A stretch of 64,000 bases of DNA from Octopus vulgaris. Lineage: Eukaryota. The DNA lies in assembly GCA_951406725.2 (NCBI GenBank), contig OX597820.1:45570001-45634000 (forward strand), given 5' to 3'. The position numbers and the translations under genes were made by a program. The notes beneath the pieces are model-generated. The model ran no database searches, was not told where the DNA came from, and saw nothing but the letters and a program-made list of their open reading frames with translations. Below are positions 10,480-23,254 of this stretch, piece after piece. Each line of letters starts with the position of its first letter. The first letter of the stretch is position 1.

Positions 10480-13400
10480 CCGCCAATGGCTGAAAGATGG
10501 GAAGAGATGGGATTACGGCTTGAGGTAGCCTAGCCTAAGGTTAAATTTTGTAGAGAGAGAGATAGAAAGATAAATCAAGTTATGGCGAAGGCTTGAAAGT
10601 AGCCTTAAAAGGTTAAATTTTCGTAACAATGTATGAATAAACGTAGTAACAACGAATAGAAATAGTAAGATAAATTTTTAAGAACCTGCTGCGGACATCG
10701 ATCGGGAGTTGAAATTGAAGAAGAAAGTAAGTTGAATTGGGAATTTAAATTGTAGAATCGTAATGGTAAGAGGAGGAAAAAGACCGCCAATGGCTGAAAG
10801 ATGGGAAGAGATGGGATTACGGCTTGAGGTAGCCTAGCCTAAGGTTAAATTTTGTAGAGAGAGAGATAGAAAGATAAATCAAGTTATGGCGAAGGCTTGA
10901 AAGTAGCCTTAAAAGGTTAAATTTTCGTAACAATGTATGAATAAACGTAGTAACAACGAATAGAAATAGTAAGATAAATTTTTAAGAACTTGCTGCGGAC
11001 ATCGATCGGGAGTTGAAATTGAAGAAGAAAGTAAGTTGAATTGGGAATTTAAATTGTAGAATCGTAATGGTAAGAGGAGGAAAAAAGACCACCAATGGCT
11101 GAAAGATGGGAAGAGATGGGATTACGGCTTGAGGTAGCCTAGCCTAAGGTTAAATTTTGTAGAGAGAGAGATAGAAAGATAAATCAAGTTATGGCGAAGG
11201 CTTGAAAGTAGCCTTAAAAGGTTAAATTTTCGTAACAATGTATGAATAAACGTAGTAACAACGAATAGAAATAGTAAGATAAATTTTTAAGAACTTGCTG
11301 CGGACATCGATCGGGAGTTGAAATTGAAGAAGAAAGTAAGTTGAATTGGGAATTTAAATTGTAGAATCGTAATGGTAAGAGGAGGAAAAAAGACCGCCAA
11401 TGGCTGAAAGATGGGAAGAGATGGGATTACGGCTTGAGGTAGCCTAGCCTAAGGTTAAATTTTGTAGAGAGAGAGATAGAAAGATAAATCAAGTTATGGC
11501 GAAGGCTTGAAAGTAGCCTTAAAAGGTTAAATTTTCGTAACAATGTATGAATAAACGTAGTAACAACGAATAGAAATAGTAAGATAAATTTTTAAGAACT
11601 TGCTGCGGACATCGATCGGGAGTTGAAATTGAAGAAGAAAGTAAGTTGAATTGGGAATTTAAATTGTAGAATCGTAATGGTAAGAGGAGGAAAAAAGAGA
11701 CCGCCAATGGCTGAAAGATGGGAAGAGATGGGATTACGGCTTGAGGTAGCCTAGCCTAAGGTTAAATTTTGTAGAGAGAGAGATAGAAAGATAAATCAAG
11801 TTATGGCGAAGGCTTGAAAGTAGCCTTAAAAGGTTAAATTTTCGTAACAATGTATGAATAAACGTAGTAACAACGAATAGAAATAGTAAGATAAATTTTT
11901 AAGAACTTGCTGCGGACATCGATCGGGAGTTGAAATTGAAGAAGAAAGTAAGTTGAATTGGGAATTTAAATTGTAGAATCGTAATGGTAAGAGGAGGAAA
12001 AAAGACCGCCCAAAGATGGCTGAAAGATGGGAAGAGATGGGATTACGGCTTGAGGTAGCCTAGCCTAAGGTTAAATTTTGTAGAGAGAGAGATAGAAAGA
12101 TAAATCAAGTTATGGCGAAGGCTTGAAAGTAGCCTTAAAAGGTTAAATTTTCGTAACAATGTATGAATAAACGTAGTAACAACGAATAGAAATAGTAAGA
12201 TAAATTTTTAAGAACTTGCTGCGGACATCGATCGGGAGTTGAAATTGAAGAAGAAAGTAAGTTGAATTGGGAATTTAAATTGTAGAATCGTAATGGTAAG
12301 AGGAGGAAAAAAGACCGCCAATGGCTGAAAGATGGGAAGAGATGGGATTACGGCTTGAGGTAGCCTAGCCTAAGGTTAAATTTTGTAGAGAGAGAGATAG
12401 AAAGATAAATCAAGTTATGGCGAAGGCTTGAAAGTAGCCTTAAAAGGTTAAATTTTCGTAACAATGTATGAATAAACGTAGTAACAACGAATAGAAATAG
12501 TAAGATAAATTTTTAAGAACCTGCTGCGGACATCGATCGGGAGTTGAAATTGAAGAAGAAAGTAAGTTGAATTGGGAATTTAAATTGTAGAATCGTAATG
12601 GTAAGAGGAGGAAAAAAGACCGCCAATGGCTGAAAGATGGGAAGAGATGGGATTACGGCTTGAGGTAGCCTAGCCTAAGGTTAAATTTTGTAGAGAGAGA
12701 GATAGAAAGATAAATCAAGTTATGGCGAAGGCTTGAAAGTAGCCTTAAAAGGTTAAATTTTCGTAACAATGTATGAATAAACGTAGTAACAACGAATAGA
12801 AATAGTAAGATAAATTTTTAAGAACTTGCTGCGGACATCGATCGGGAGTTGAAATTGAAGAAGAAAGTAAGTTGAATTGGGAATTTAAATTGTAGAATCG
12901 TAATGGTAAGAGGAGGAAAAAAGACCACCAATGGCTGAAAGATGGGAAGAGATGGGATTACGGCTTGAGGTAGCCTAGCCTAAGGTTAAATTTTGTAGAG
13001 AGAGAGATAGAAAGATAAATCAAGTTATGGCGAAGGCTTGAAAGTAGCCTTAAAAGGTTAAATTTTCGTAACAATGTATGAATAAACGTAGTAACAACGA
13101 ATAGAAATAGTAAGATAAATTTTTAAGAACTTGCTGCGGACATCGATCGGGAGTTGAAATTGAAGAAGAAAGTAAGTTGAATTGGGAATTTAAATTGTAG
13201 AATCGTAATGGTAAGAGGAGGAAAAAGACCGCCAATGGCTGAAAGATGGGAAGAGATGGGATTACGGCTTGAGGTAGCCTAGCCTAAGGTTAAATTTTGT
13301 AGAGAGAGAGATAGAAAGATAAATCAAGTTATGGCGAAGGCTTGAAAGTAGCCTTAAAAGGTTAAATTTTCGTAACAATGTATGAATAAACGTAGTAACA

Positions 13401-14952
13401 ACGAATAGAAATAGTAAGATAAATTTTTAAGAACTTGCTGCGGACATCGATCGGGAGTTGAAATTGAAGAAGAAAGTAAGTTGAATTGGGAATTTAAATT
13501 GTAGAATCGTAATGGTAAGAGGAGGAAAAAAGACCGCCAATGGCTGAAAGATGGGAAGAGATGGGATTACGGCTTGAGGTAGCCTAGCCTAAGGTTAAAT
13601 TTTGTAGAGAGAGAGATAGAAAGATAAATCAAGTTATGGCGAAGGCTTGAAAGTAGCCTTAAAAGGTTAAATTTTCGTAACAATGTATGAATAAACGTAG
13701 TAACAACGAATAGAAATAGTAAGATAAATTTTTAAGAACTTGCTGCGGACATCGATCGGGAGTTGAAATTGAAGAAGAAAGTAAGTTGAATTGGGAATTT
13801 AAATTGTAGAATCGTAATGGTAAGAGGAGGAAAAAGACCGCCAATGGCTGAAAGATGGGAAGAGATGGGATTACGGCTTGAGGTAGCCTAGCCTAAGGTT
13901 AAATTTTGTAGAGAGAGAGATAGAAAGATAAATCAAGTTATGGCGAAGGCTTGAAAGTAGCCTTAAAAGGTTAAATTTTCGTAACAATGTATGAATAAAC
14001 GTAGTAACAACGAATAGAAATAGTAAGATAAATTTTTAAGAACTTGCTGCGGACATCGATCGGGAGTTGAAATTGAAGAAGAAAGTAAGTTGAATTGGGA
14101 ATTTAAATTGTAGAATCGTAATGGTAAGAGGAGGAAAAAGAGACCGCCAATGGCTGAAAGATGGGAAGAGATGGGATTACGGCTTGAGGTAGCCTAGCCT
14201 AAGGTTAAATTTTGTAGAGAGAGAGATAGAAAGATAAATCAAGTTATGGCGAAGGCTTGAAAGTAGCCTTAAAAGGTTAAATTTTCGTAACAATGTATGA
14301 ATAAACGTAGTAACAACGAATAGAAATAGTAAGATAAATTTTTAAGAACTTGCTGCGGACATCGATCGGGAGTTGAAATTGAAGAAGAAAGTAAGTTGAA
14401 TTGGGAATTTAAATTGTAGAATCGTAATGGTAAGAGGAGGAAAAAAGACCGCCAATGGCTGAAAGATGGGAAGAGATGGGATTACGGCTTGAGGTAGCCT
14501 AGCCTAAGGTTAAATTTTGTAGAGAGAGAGATAGAAAGATAAATCAAGTTATGGCGAAGGCTTGAAAGTAGCCTTAAAAGGTTAAATTTTCGTAACAATG
14601 TATGAATAAACGTAGTAACAATGAATAGAAATAGTAAGATAAATTTTTAAGAACTTGCTGCGGACATCGATCGGGAGTTGAAATTGAAGAAGAAAGTAAG
14701 TTGAATTGGGAATTTAAATTGTAGAATCGTAATGGTAAGAGGAGGAAAAAAGACCGCCAATGGCTGAAAGATGGGAAGAGATGGGATTACGGCTTGAGGT
14801 AGCCTAGCCTAAGGTTAAATTTTGTAGAGAGAGAGATAGAAAGATAAATCAAGTTATGGCGAAGGCTTGAAAGTAGCCTTAAAAGGTTAAATTTTCGTAA
14901 CAATGTATGAATAAACGTAGTAACAACGAATAGAAATAGTAAGATAAATTTT
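10480..14952. repeat. Homogeneous tandem array, about 305-bp monomer, 14 full copies plus a partial of about 200 bp
   Basis: ccgccaatggctgaaagatggg starts at about 10480, 10784, 11089, 11394, 11701, 12006, 12315, 12620, 12925, 13229, 13534, 13838, 14144, 14449 and 14754. Units are nearly identical. Confidence 0.98.
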
Positions 14953-15149
14953 AGGGTACCTGACAATGTTAGGCTACACAGTTGATAGAAATGAATGAAG
15001 TGCTACCATAGGGCAGATATATCCAAGCTGTACCAACACAGAAAATTAATTATCCACACACTAAAACACTGAATTAGATACCATATGACATGAAACTGAC
15101 CTATCAGATAATGGGAAAATGCACACATCTTTGCAGGAGTTAGCAAAAA

Positions 15150-15356
15150 GGCGGCGAGCTGGCAGAAACGTTGCTGTATTTCGTCTGTCGTTAGGTTCGA
15201 AGTTCAAATTCCGCCGAGGTCGACTTTGCCTTTTATCCTTTCGGGGTCGATAAATTAAGTACCAGTTACGCACTGGAGTCGATGTAATCGACTTAATCCG
15301 TTTGTCTGTCCTTGTTTGTCCCCTCTGTGTTTAGCCCTTTGTGGGTAGTAAAGAAA
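15150..15356 (+). mobile_element. tRNA-SINE, same family as 1481-1708
   Basis: Near-identical body and 3' end ttgtgggtagtaaagaaata. Confidence 0.9.
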
Positions 15357-15380
15357 TATATATGTGTAACTGTCTTTTTT

Positions 15381-15609
15381 ATCTCTTTAGCATTCAGATT
15401 TCTTCGTCAAATATATAATGCTTATTTATTCACATTGTTTTGAATTAGTCACACATTATTTTGTAGCTTCAAGATTTCAATAGTGGCTTTTTTATATTTT
15501 TAGAATGACACTGTAGGGTAGATGTGAGAGGTTGGATCTGGTCAGTTTTAATGTAAAACAGGAAGAATACTTTGGTTAGGTATGGCCGGATTAAATGCTA
15601 AAGTGTTAA
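15381..15609. mobile_element. piggyBac-type MITE, same family, opposite orientation
   Basis: ctttagcattcagatt ... aaatgctaaagtgttaa. Confidence 0.8.
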
Positions 15610-16804
15610 TACATACAAATATATATAAATCTACCTTTTATCTTTTACTTGTTTCAGTCATTGGACTGCACCCATCCTGGGGTACTACCTTGAAGGATTT
15701 TAGTTGAACAAATTGACTCCAGTACTTATTTTATTGTACATCTAGTACTTATTCTGTCGGTCTCTTTTGCCAAACAGCTAAGTCACAGGGATGTAAATAA
15801 ACCAGCATGAGTTCTCAGGAAGTGAGGACATTAACAAAATGACACAAACAAAACAAAAGCAAAATGACACACAAACACACACACACACACATACATACAA
15901 GCTTCTTTTAGTTTCCTTACTAAATCCACTCACAAGGCTTTGATCAGCCTGTGTTTATGACACAAGACACCTAAGGTACCACACAGTGGAGCTGAATCCA
16001 AAACCATGAGGTTCAGAAGCAAACTTACTACAGAGCTATGCCTGCATCTTATAGATAAGTTACATAACCACTGACAAATGCATCATCTCATTGATGTTAC
16101 AATGCTCCTTGCAAAAGAGCAACAGCTGTATTCTGTATTCAGTAAATAAAGTTAATGTCACAGAGTAAGTAATGACTGCTGAATGCCAGTAGTCAATTAG
16201 CTAGCATTCGCTAAATGAAGGGCCAATATATTTAGGGCACACAACAGATGGTGTTTGATGGAGACATTTGACAACCTTTCACTTGCAATCTCTTTCAAGT
16301 TCTGGCAAGTTCTGGCAGAACATTTTAAAAACTACGCTGTTTTTATCCTGACTGTAGTTAAAAGAAACATGGCACAAAAAGAACCAAACAACATTTTCTG
16401 CTGGCAATGCAATAGAACTGATAATTAACAAGCATTAGCAGCAGGGGTCCATTGAAGTTAAATAATTATCGTTTATGCATTTCTGATTTGGAAACAAATA
16501 TATCACATTTCATACAACCTGTTCATATAAAACTGTCCTGTGTGAGTGTACTCACCTTCTTTACAACTCTTATTAGATACTTGAGTGAGTACACACAATC
16601 TCTCACAGCTCATATATATATCATCATTTAACATCTGGATGTTAAACAGCAATCACACACACACATGCTTACACAACATGCCCCACATGAGAATAAATTC
16701 TCTTAGAATATATAAACTCTTACACACATTTTACAACACAATACTGCACAATGGACCTGAACCTGAAGCCGCAGGAGAACCAAAGATCTTAAACATGCAG
16801 CCAC

Positions 16805-17205
16805 CATTGTCATCGTCATCATTTTCATGCCAGCATGAGTTGGACAGGTCTTCTCCAACACAGTATCCTTCCACTTGTTGCATTCCTTTCTCAACTCTTT
16901 TGTGAAGTTCAGTTTCCTGCGATTAGCCTTCAATGTCTCTGCTCCTTTCTTCCTTGGTCTTGCACCTCTTACTTCACCCATCTGGCTTTTTACCATACTC
17001 GTTACATGTTCATACCAGTGCAGCTGTCACTCTTGCCTACCACAGCTTACCCTCTCATACCAACATTTTCCCTCAGCTCATCAACGCTTCATCATTCATG
17101 CACACTAAAATTATACATCCAGCAGATCATGATCACCGCATTCCTTTCCGGCCTTCATACATACTTTTCATTCAGAGCCCATGTGTCAATATCATGTAGC
17201 ATTAC
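16805..17205 (-). mobile_element. Highly degenerate RTE 3' fragment
   Basis: VRGARPRKK...W...VLEKTCPTHAGM followed by a gatgatgac tail. Confidence 0.6.
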
Positions 17206-17736
17206 AGCTCTCTCTCTCTCTCACACGCACACACATTCTTTGGTGAGGGTCAAGCAAATAGAAAAAAAAATGTCCTCATTTCTGTCACAGAATTTTTTTT
17301 TCTTTTTGGTTAGCGCTGTATTGGGTTTAAATTCTAATCAACCTTGCTTCAGCAAACCTATCTCATGTAGGTAGCTAGTTAAACACCTCCGTGAGTCTTA
17401 CATGGATAATATCATCATCATTGTTTAATGCCCTTCTTCCATGCTGGTATGGGTAGATTTTTAATAAGTACATAGTCAAGTTAAGCAATGAAACTTTGCT
17501 TTAAGTCGGTAGAGCAAGTCATGAAAGTGGTAGAGAGAAATAATTTATAGGGTTTGTATCTGCATGCCACAGATGGCATTCTCATAATAACACAAGAGAA
17601 ATTCCTAACCTAAAAACAGACAGATGCTAAGGTGTATTAACTGCATGCATAACTTATCTTCTGTAGAGGTAAAATACTTTACAATAGCTAAACCACAGAT
17701 GAGAAAGACAAACAAAAAAATAAATCAAGGACTTAC

Positions 17737-17959
17737 TCCATATTAGCGTATAAAAATGAGCCAATGGTAACAAGGTAAGACTATATAAGGCTGAGAGGTG
17801 TAAAACCGTCATCAATATTACATTCCGCCACACTATTTTCATAGGGGGTCTCTTTTGAGTATGGGTTTCTTCTGTAATTACTGGTTCAATATTGAGTTCT
17901 CCGGGATGAAGTTCATCTTCTGCAGGAGGTATCTCCGTAACAAGGTTTCTTGGTGACAT
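17737..17959 (-). CDS. SCD: First coding exon of an acyl-CoA (stearoyl-CoA, delta-9) desaturase-like gene
   Basis: Translates MSPRNLVTEIPPAEDEL...KRPPMKIVWRNVILMTVLHLSALYSL...HFYTLIW. IVWRNV..M..LH..ALY is the SCD TM1 signature. Phase-1 donor TGGA|GTAAGT at 17737/17736. Pyrimidine-rich acceptor ttttctcttgtaattccag ends at 17980, so the exon starts at 17979 with 20 nt of UTR. I did not find the downstream His-box exons in the window. Confidence 0.88.
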
Positions 17960-19068
17960 TCTCTGATAGGAACTTGAAGCTGGAATTACAAGAGAAAAAT
18001 AGGATAAATATCACTACAGCCTTATGGAGGTACCAAAAACAAAAAAAAAATTCTTCCTTAAAGGTTTTACTTCTAACCTATTTTGGTTACTTTCTTTGCC
18101 AATGTCTTCTCAAACTATTTTCAAAAGTCCAAACCAAACAAGTTCACTCAAATGTCCTCATCTCTCTCAGATTAAAAGAACTTGAAAAAACTACAGGCAT
18201 GTTTTTATCTCCTATAACTACATTTCATATATATATATATATATATATATACTTATAAAGAAAGAGAGATGCTTATAATGCACACGCACACACCTTGATT
18301 TCTATTACAATCGCAAGTTACTGAGATCTTGGGAGTGGATTTGGTACATGGAAACTGAGAGCCCATCATATATATCATCATCATTTAATGTCTGTTGGAA
18401 GGTTTGACAGGAGCTGACCAGCTGAAGGGCTGTTCAGGCTCCATGTCTGTTTCGAATTGGTTTCTACAGTTAGATACCCTCCCTAACACCAGCCATTTTA
18501 CAGAGTGTACTGGATGCTTTTACGCAGCACTGGCACGGGTGCTTTTTACATGGCACCAGCACCAACAAGCATATATATATATCATCATCGTTTTTATGCA
18601 TGCAGGGCAGGATGGTTAACAGGAGCCAGCCAAGTAGAAAATCTACCCAAGGCTATTGTGTCTGTTTTGGAAAGGATTCTACAGGTGGATGCCCCTTCCT
18701 AACACCAATTACTCTGCAGAGTGGACTCAGTACTTTTTATGTGGCACTAGCACAGGCGAAGTTAATTTTTGCAAGGATTTTTTATACAGCTGGATGCCCT
18801 TCCAGACGCCAACCATTTTACAGTGTGGGCTGGATACTTTTAATGTGGCACCAGCACTAGCAGGGTAACCAAGTAACTCACAAGACAAGGAATTATGAGA
18901 GGGGCAGGGCATTTATATCAGAGGATGAAAGTCAGTGACAAAGAGACAGAAGCTGGTGTCTTGCCACAAGGGGCATTAGAGATGATGATCCAGTATCAAA
19001 TGATGAAAGGTGTAACAGAAATAGAAGCAGAAATAGATGTCTTGTTATAGAGGAGGGACATGGTTACC

Positions 19069-19109
<41 letters not shown>

Positions 19110-20720
19110 GGGGGAGATAGAAAGTCAGAAAGAGGTACAGAAAGTGGCCAGACACTAGTGTGTAGATGTAAAGGTGATACTTGGTCACCTAGTTAGAGGA
19201 AAAACAAGAGAAGGAGAGAGAGAGAGAGAGAGAGAGTAGGGAACAGCAGAAGTGTAAGAGAGAGTAGAAGAGAGATGGTGTAGTGCTAGGGTATAATTAC
19301 AAATAACAAGAATATAACTATATATGTGTATGTGTGTATACATATACACACACTTATTTGTGCATGCATGCAGGCAACAGTTGCAAACCAGTCATCATAT
19401 AAGCAGTATTGTTCATTTCCAATCTTCCAGGAAAACATCTTTGGCTGTGGGGAAACAGGTTTTCCTTGCTTAGAAATAGGTAAAGGTCAGTGATAGGAAG
19501 GGCATCCAGCCATGAAAAAATGTACTTCAACAAATTCCGTCTAACTCACACAAATATGGGAAAGTAGACAAAACAATGATGAGCTCACACACAAAGTTGC
19601 AGAAGAAGGTTCAAAAATTCCTTTGGCATTAATATAAAAACTGCTAACAACTAAGGTTAGCAGAGCTTCTTATTACACATAATGCCTCTCCTTCACATAA
19701 CCTCACCAGACTCCCAGCTGCACCCAATTCTCCACTGCTGAGGCTCAAAGTACCAGGGTAGCTGATGTACTGCTCTGTCCATCCCACTGCCAGGCAGCAC
19801 AACTAGGTATACCCTAACTACCATTATACAGTATCATTTCTTCATACCAATGAATATTCTCTCATCATTCAATAATGATATTTCTCTAAAACATTTAAAG
19901 CAATATGTATATGAAAAGATAGTCACAATATAATAGCAAATACTATATTAAACATGTAGATTTGATGAAAAACCAAAGTTGTAACAAAAATAAACATTTT
20001 TAGATGCATCATTTAAATACAAAAAAGGGACTTCTGAATTACCTTGTATATATATGCATTGAGAGAGAAAGAGGGGAGGGAGAAATTTACAGGCACGAGC
20101 AACAGCTAGGCTTCCATATAAGGAAAATTAAAATAAAAAAACCCACTTGCACAGGTTGCACCTTGAAGAACTTTCCAAATGCAGAAACTCACACTGACGA
20201 AGGGCCTCACACACATACACACACACACTGCTGGAATGTCTCATCTGCTGAGTTGGAGCTAAACAACTGTTTGGAAATAGTCAAAATAACTTAGTCGCTG
20301 TACAACTATAAAAGGTTAAGCAACAGCAACTCTGTCTGCTAAATATATGCCATCAAATGTACATACACAACCACACACACACATGGTTGTGGTCTGGTGG
20401 AATGCGTCACCACTGGATGACCACTTGACCTGTAACACCATACTGTACTCTGCCACTGTCTGCTAATAGAAATGTCAGTCTAACAATATACAAAGCAGTC
20501 AACTATTTTGAAACATAGTTACTATTAGGCTTGCAATTTAACCTTTTTCACCCATTTCATTAACCCCTTTAATTCCATTGGGTTAAAAAGTGAGAATAGG
20601 AGTGTGACTAAGACATGGTATGTAGGACAAAGAATGAAGTGAGGAGGAAGAAGAAAAGGGAGGGAAAATGAGAAGAAAAGAGAAAGTAGACGGTAGAAAG
20701 TAGACATCTTGTTTGTTGTC

Positions 20721-20766
20721 AACACAATGTTTCGGCTGATATACCCTTCAGCCTTCTTTGGGTGTC
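20721..20766 (-). ncRNA. Hammerhead remnant with mutated catalytic core
   Basis: gacac CcaAaGA a ggctg-aagggtatat-cagcc GAAAC att gtgtt. Stems I and II pair, but the CUGANGA box is mutated. Confidence 0.6.
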
Positions 20767-20837
20767 TTGGGGCAATTTCAGACCTGGGTTCATATTCCTT
20801 AAGTATTTTTTGATGTTATTATTGTTGTTATTGTTCA

Positions 20838-20909
20838 GGTCACTGCTTGGAATCGAACTTGGAATCTTGGGGTTAGTAGCCCACGCTCTTAACTGCTATG
20901 CCATATGCC
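20838..20909 (-). promoter_or_regulatory. tRNA-like Pol III internal promoter (A and B box) inside the Penelope-like pLTR
   Basis: tggcatagcagttaagagcg (A-box-like), ggg-ctactaa-ccc anticodon-like arm, agttcgattcc (B box). Confidence 0.6.
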
Positions 20910-22865
20910 TGTGGGCAATTATGGAGTGAATTTTAGGGATTATAAATCTAATATTTTTCTATCCCTCCTAAATACTGGTTCCCATATGCTGCTCATATCT
21001 GCACTCGGTCTGCTTAGGAGATTGTTGTGTCCTAGCATACGAGCTGCTTCTTTTAGTTTTCGTATTTTCCAGCAGTGTTCTCTGTCTGTTATTTTAACTT
21101 CATCCCACAGTAGAATATGGACTCGGAACTGAACTTGAAGAAACAACGGGCATTGACTACATTAGTTCATCTTTACTTGTCATCACAACAAAATTAAGCA
21201 AGGCAGAGAATAAAACTAATGAGAGAAACCTTAGCCTGCTAGAAATAGCAGCCAAATCTTTTTTCAAACATTTTAAAGGAGATTACATTGAATAATATAA
21301 TTAGTGACAAACTATATATAAAAAAATCATGGCTATATAATAATAGGTAACCCTGTAGCTTATTGATGCATGGATTAACTTTTAGCTTCTAAAACTAAAC
21401 GTAGCTTACCTAAATTCTCCATGGCATAAGAGTTTCTTTGTGTGATTTGGAGAGTAATTAGGGAGAAAGGGCTCCTTTTTTCCATACTTTACAATCAGGG
21501 CAGCCTTGACATCGAGTCAGTTGATTGAGCAAATTTAGAATTAAAAGCATTCCAACCATGACTGCTATCTCTTTTGCAGGTTATAACTTTTAACCAACAT
21601 GTCCTTCCCTCTTCAAAAGGTTAAGCTGTGATTTGAGGGTGGTTTGGGTTGCAGTATCCAGCAGGTGGGGCGGCCACACTGAAAGCTCCCTCATTAGTTC
21701 AGTGATGGGGTGTAGTGCTTGACTATAGATTGTTCTGGGCTGTTCTAACCTAAACAATGGAAGAAGAGCACAGTCGGGTGATGTTAATGCCGTTGTTGGA
21801 CTATACTGCAGTAGACAACAGACAACTATTAGCAAAAACCAAAATCAATATTGACAAGAAGAGATCCAATCTTCATTTGCCTCAGCAAATCCATTGATCA
21901 TTGATGGCAAGAATTTATTTTGTAGCTTATGGCCACAAACTACTCCATCTCAGCAATATCCTTCAACTCCACCTGTTGTTGGAAGCATTCCTAATTGCAG
22001 TCAATTTTCGATAACACCACTTCTTTGTCTGCAGAAAACTGGCAGTTTTAGACAGACACCAACTATTTGGTGGAACATGAAGGTTTGCTATTTATTTTTC
22101 ATTTAATGACAAACATGAAGGAAGAGGTTTATACTTAGTATAAACCTATTAATGTCATCTCAGCAAAAGTGAAGTTGTATGTTCTGCCACTGAGCTTGTA
22201 TTCATTCTTATTTCAATATAGGAAACAGGATGATTAAATGAAGATAGATTTGACGTTAGTAGAAACAGCACTGCATAATGAAAACAGCAGCAAAAACTCA
22301 ATTTACTCATCATGCCAAGGAGTCTCTATATTGTCACTCATTTTGACCTACTACAAATAGCAGGCAGATTGCCTTCAAATCACACTTTCACCTAGACTAC
22401 TTAGGATTTAAACCGGAAGTATCCAGTTCAAATATTTTACCTGTTCTAATCCCAAACTGACCAGATCCAGCCTCTCACACCTACTCTATCATTCTAAAAA
22501 TCACGTTGTTGAAATCTCAAAGCTATGCGATAAAACATCATTAATTCAACACAATGTGAACAAACAAGCATTATATTTCACAGAGTAATCTGAATGCTAA
22601 AGGGTTAAAGAAAGACACATTAGATAATATAGTCTGAAGGTATCATAAGTCTGAACTATAATACTAAATGGTCACAGGTGGGATGCTTATTTTCTCATAT
22701 AGACTAAATAACAGCACACCTGAAATGGGTACTTACATTTTCATTTTACCCTAATTAATGACAATTAAAAAAACTGGTGTCTAATTTAATGACAGCTGGA
22801 GGTGAATTAATAAATTCATTGATTAGAGAGGTTGAGGCAATAATCCTCTTACATTTGACAAGGGT

Positions 22866-22887
22866 TCACACACACACACACACACAT

Positions 22888-22919
<32 letters not shown>

Positions 22920-23252
22920 CACACACATACAGAGACACAGATACATATATTTATGCATATATATATATATACACATATACATGTGTGTGTGTGTATATAT
23001 GTATATATATATATATATATATGGATATGTGTGTGTGTATGTATATATATATACATACATACATACGTATGTATATATATATATGTATGTATATATATAC
23101 ATCTATACACACATATGTATATATATATACATACATAAATACATATGTATATATACATACATACATATATGTATACAAACACATATGTATACATACACAT
23201 ATGTATATATACATACAAACACACATATGTATATATTTATATACACATACAT
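22866..23252. repeat. Compound TA/CA/TG microsatellite
   Basis: Alternating purine-pyrimidine tract. Similar tracts at 23865-24025, 24772-25160 and 55135-55480. Confidence 0.95.
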
Positions 23253-23254
23253 AC

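Larger units (their letters stand above)
20695..21146 (-). mobile_element. Penelope-like element 3' fragment: GIY-YIG endonuclease C-terminus plus pseudo-LTR
   Basis: ORF 20940-21146 WDEVKITDREHCWKIRKLKEAARM...SRPSADMSSIWEPVF matches the PLE GIY-YIG C-terminal pattern (W..VKI.D.E..W..RK.KEA). It is followed by a tRNA-like block and a hammerhead remnant. Confidence 0.8.

Noticed and set aside
10605-13844. Repeated 61-62 aa ORFs (MAVFFLLL...)
   Set aside because: They depend on homopolymer length, use non-ATG starts and have no recognisable domain. By-product of the array.
10480-14952. CRISPR array or retrozyme interpretation of the 305-bp array
   Set aside because: No unique spacers and no cas genes. 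ctgaaaga does not fit CUGANGA, and I found no hammerhead fold on either strand.
17654-17736. C-terminal extension of the SCD ORF (SKSLIYFF...)
   Set aside because: Read-through past the GTAAGT donor into the intron.
20192-20212. cactgacgaagggcct as a hammerhead 5' half
   Set aside because: Runs into (CA)n with no GAAA or NUH, so it cannot be supported.
21830-22110. Possible host exon
   Set aside because: No consistent frame or splice pair. Faint resemblance to decayed RTE sequence only.
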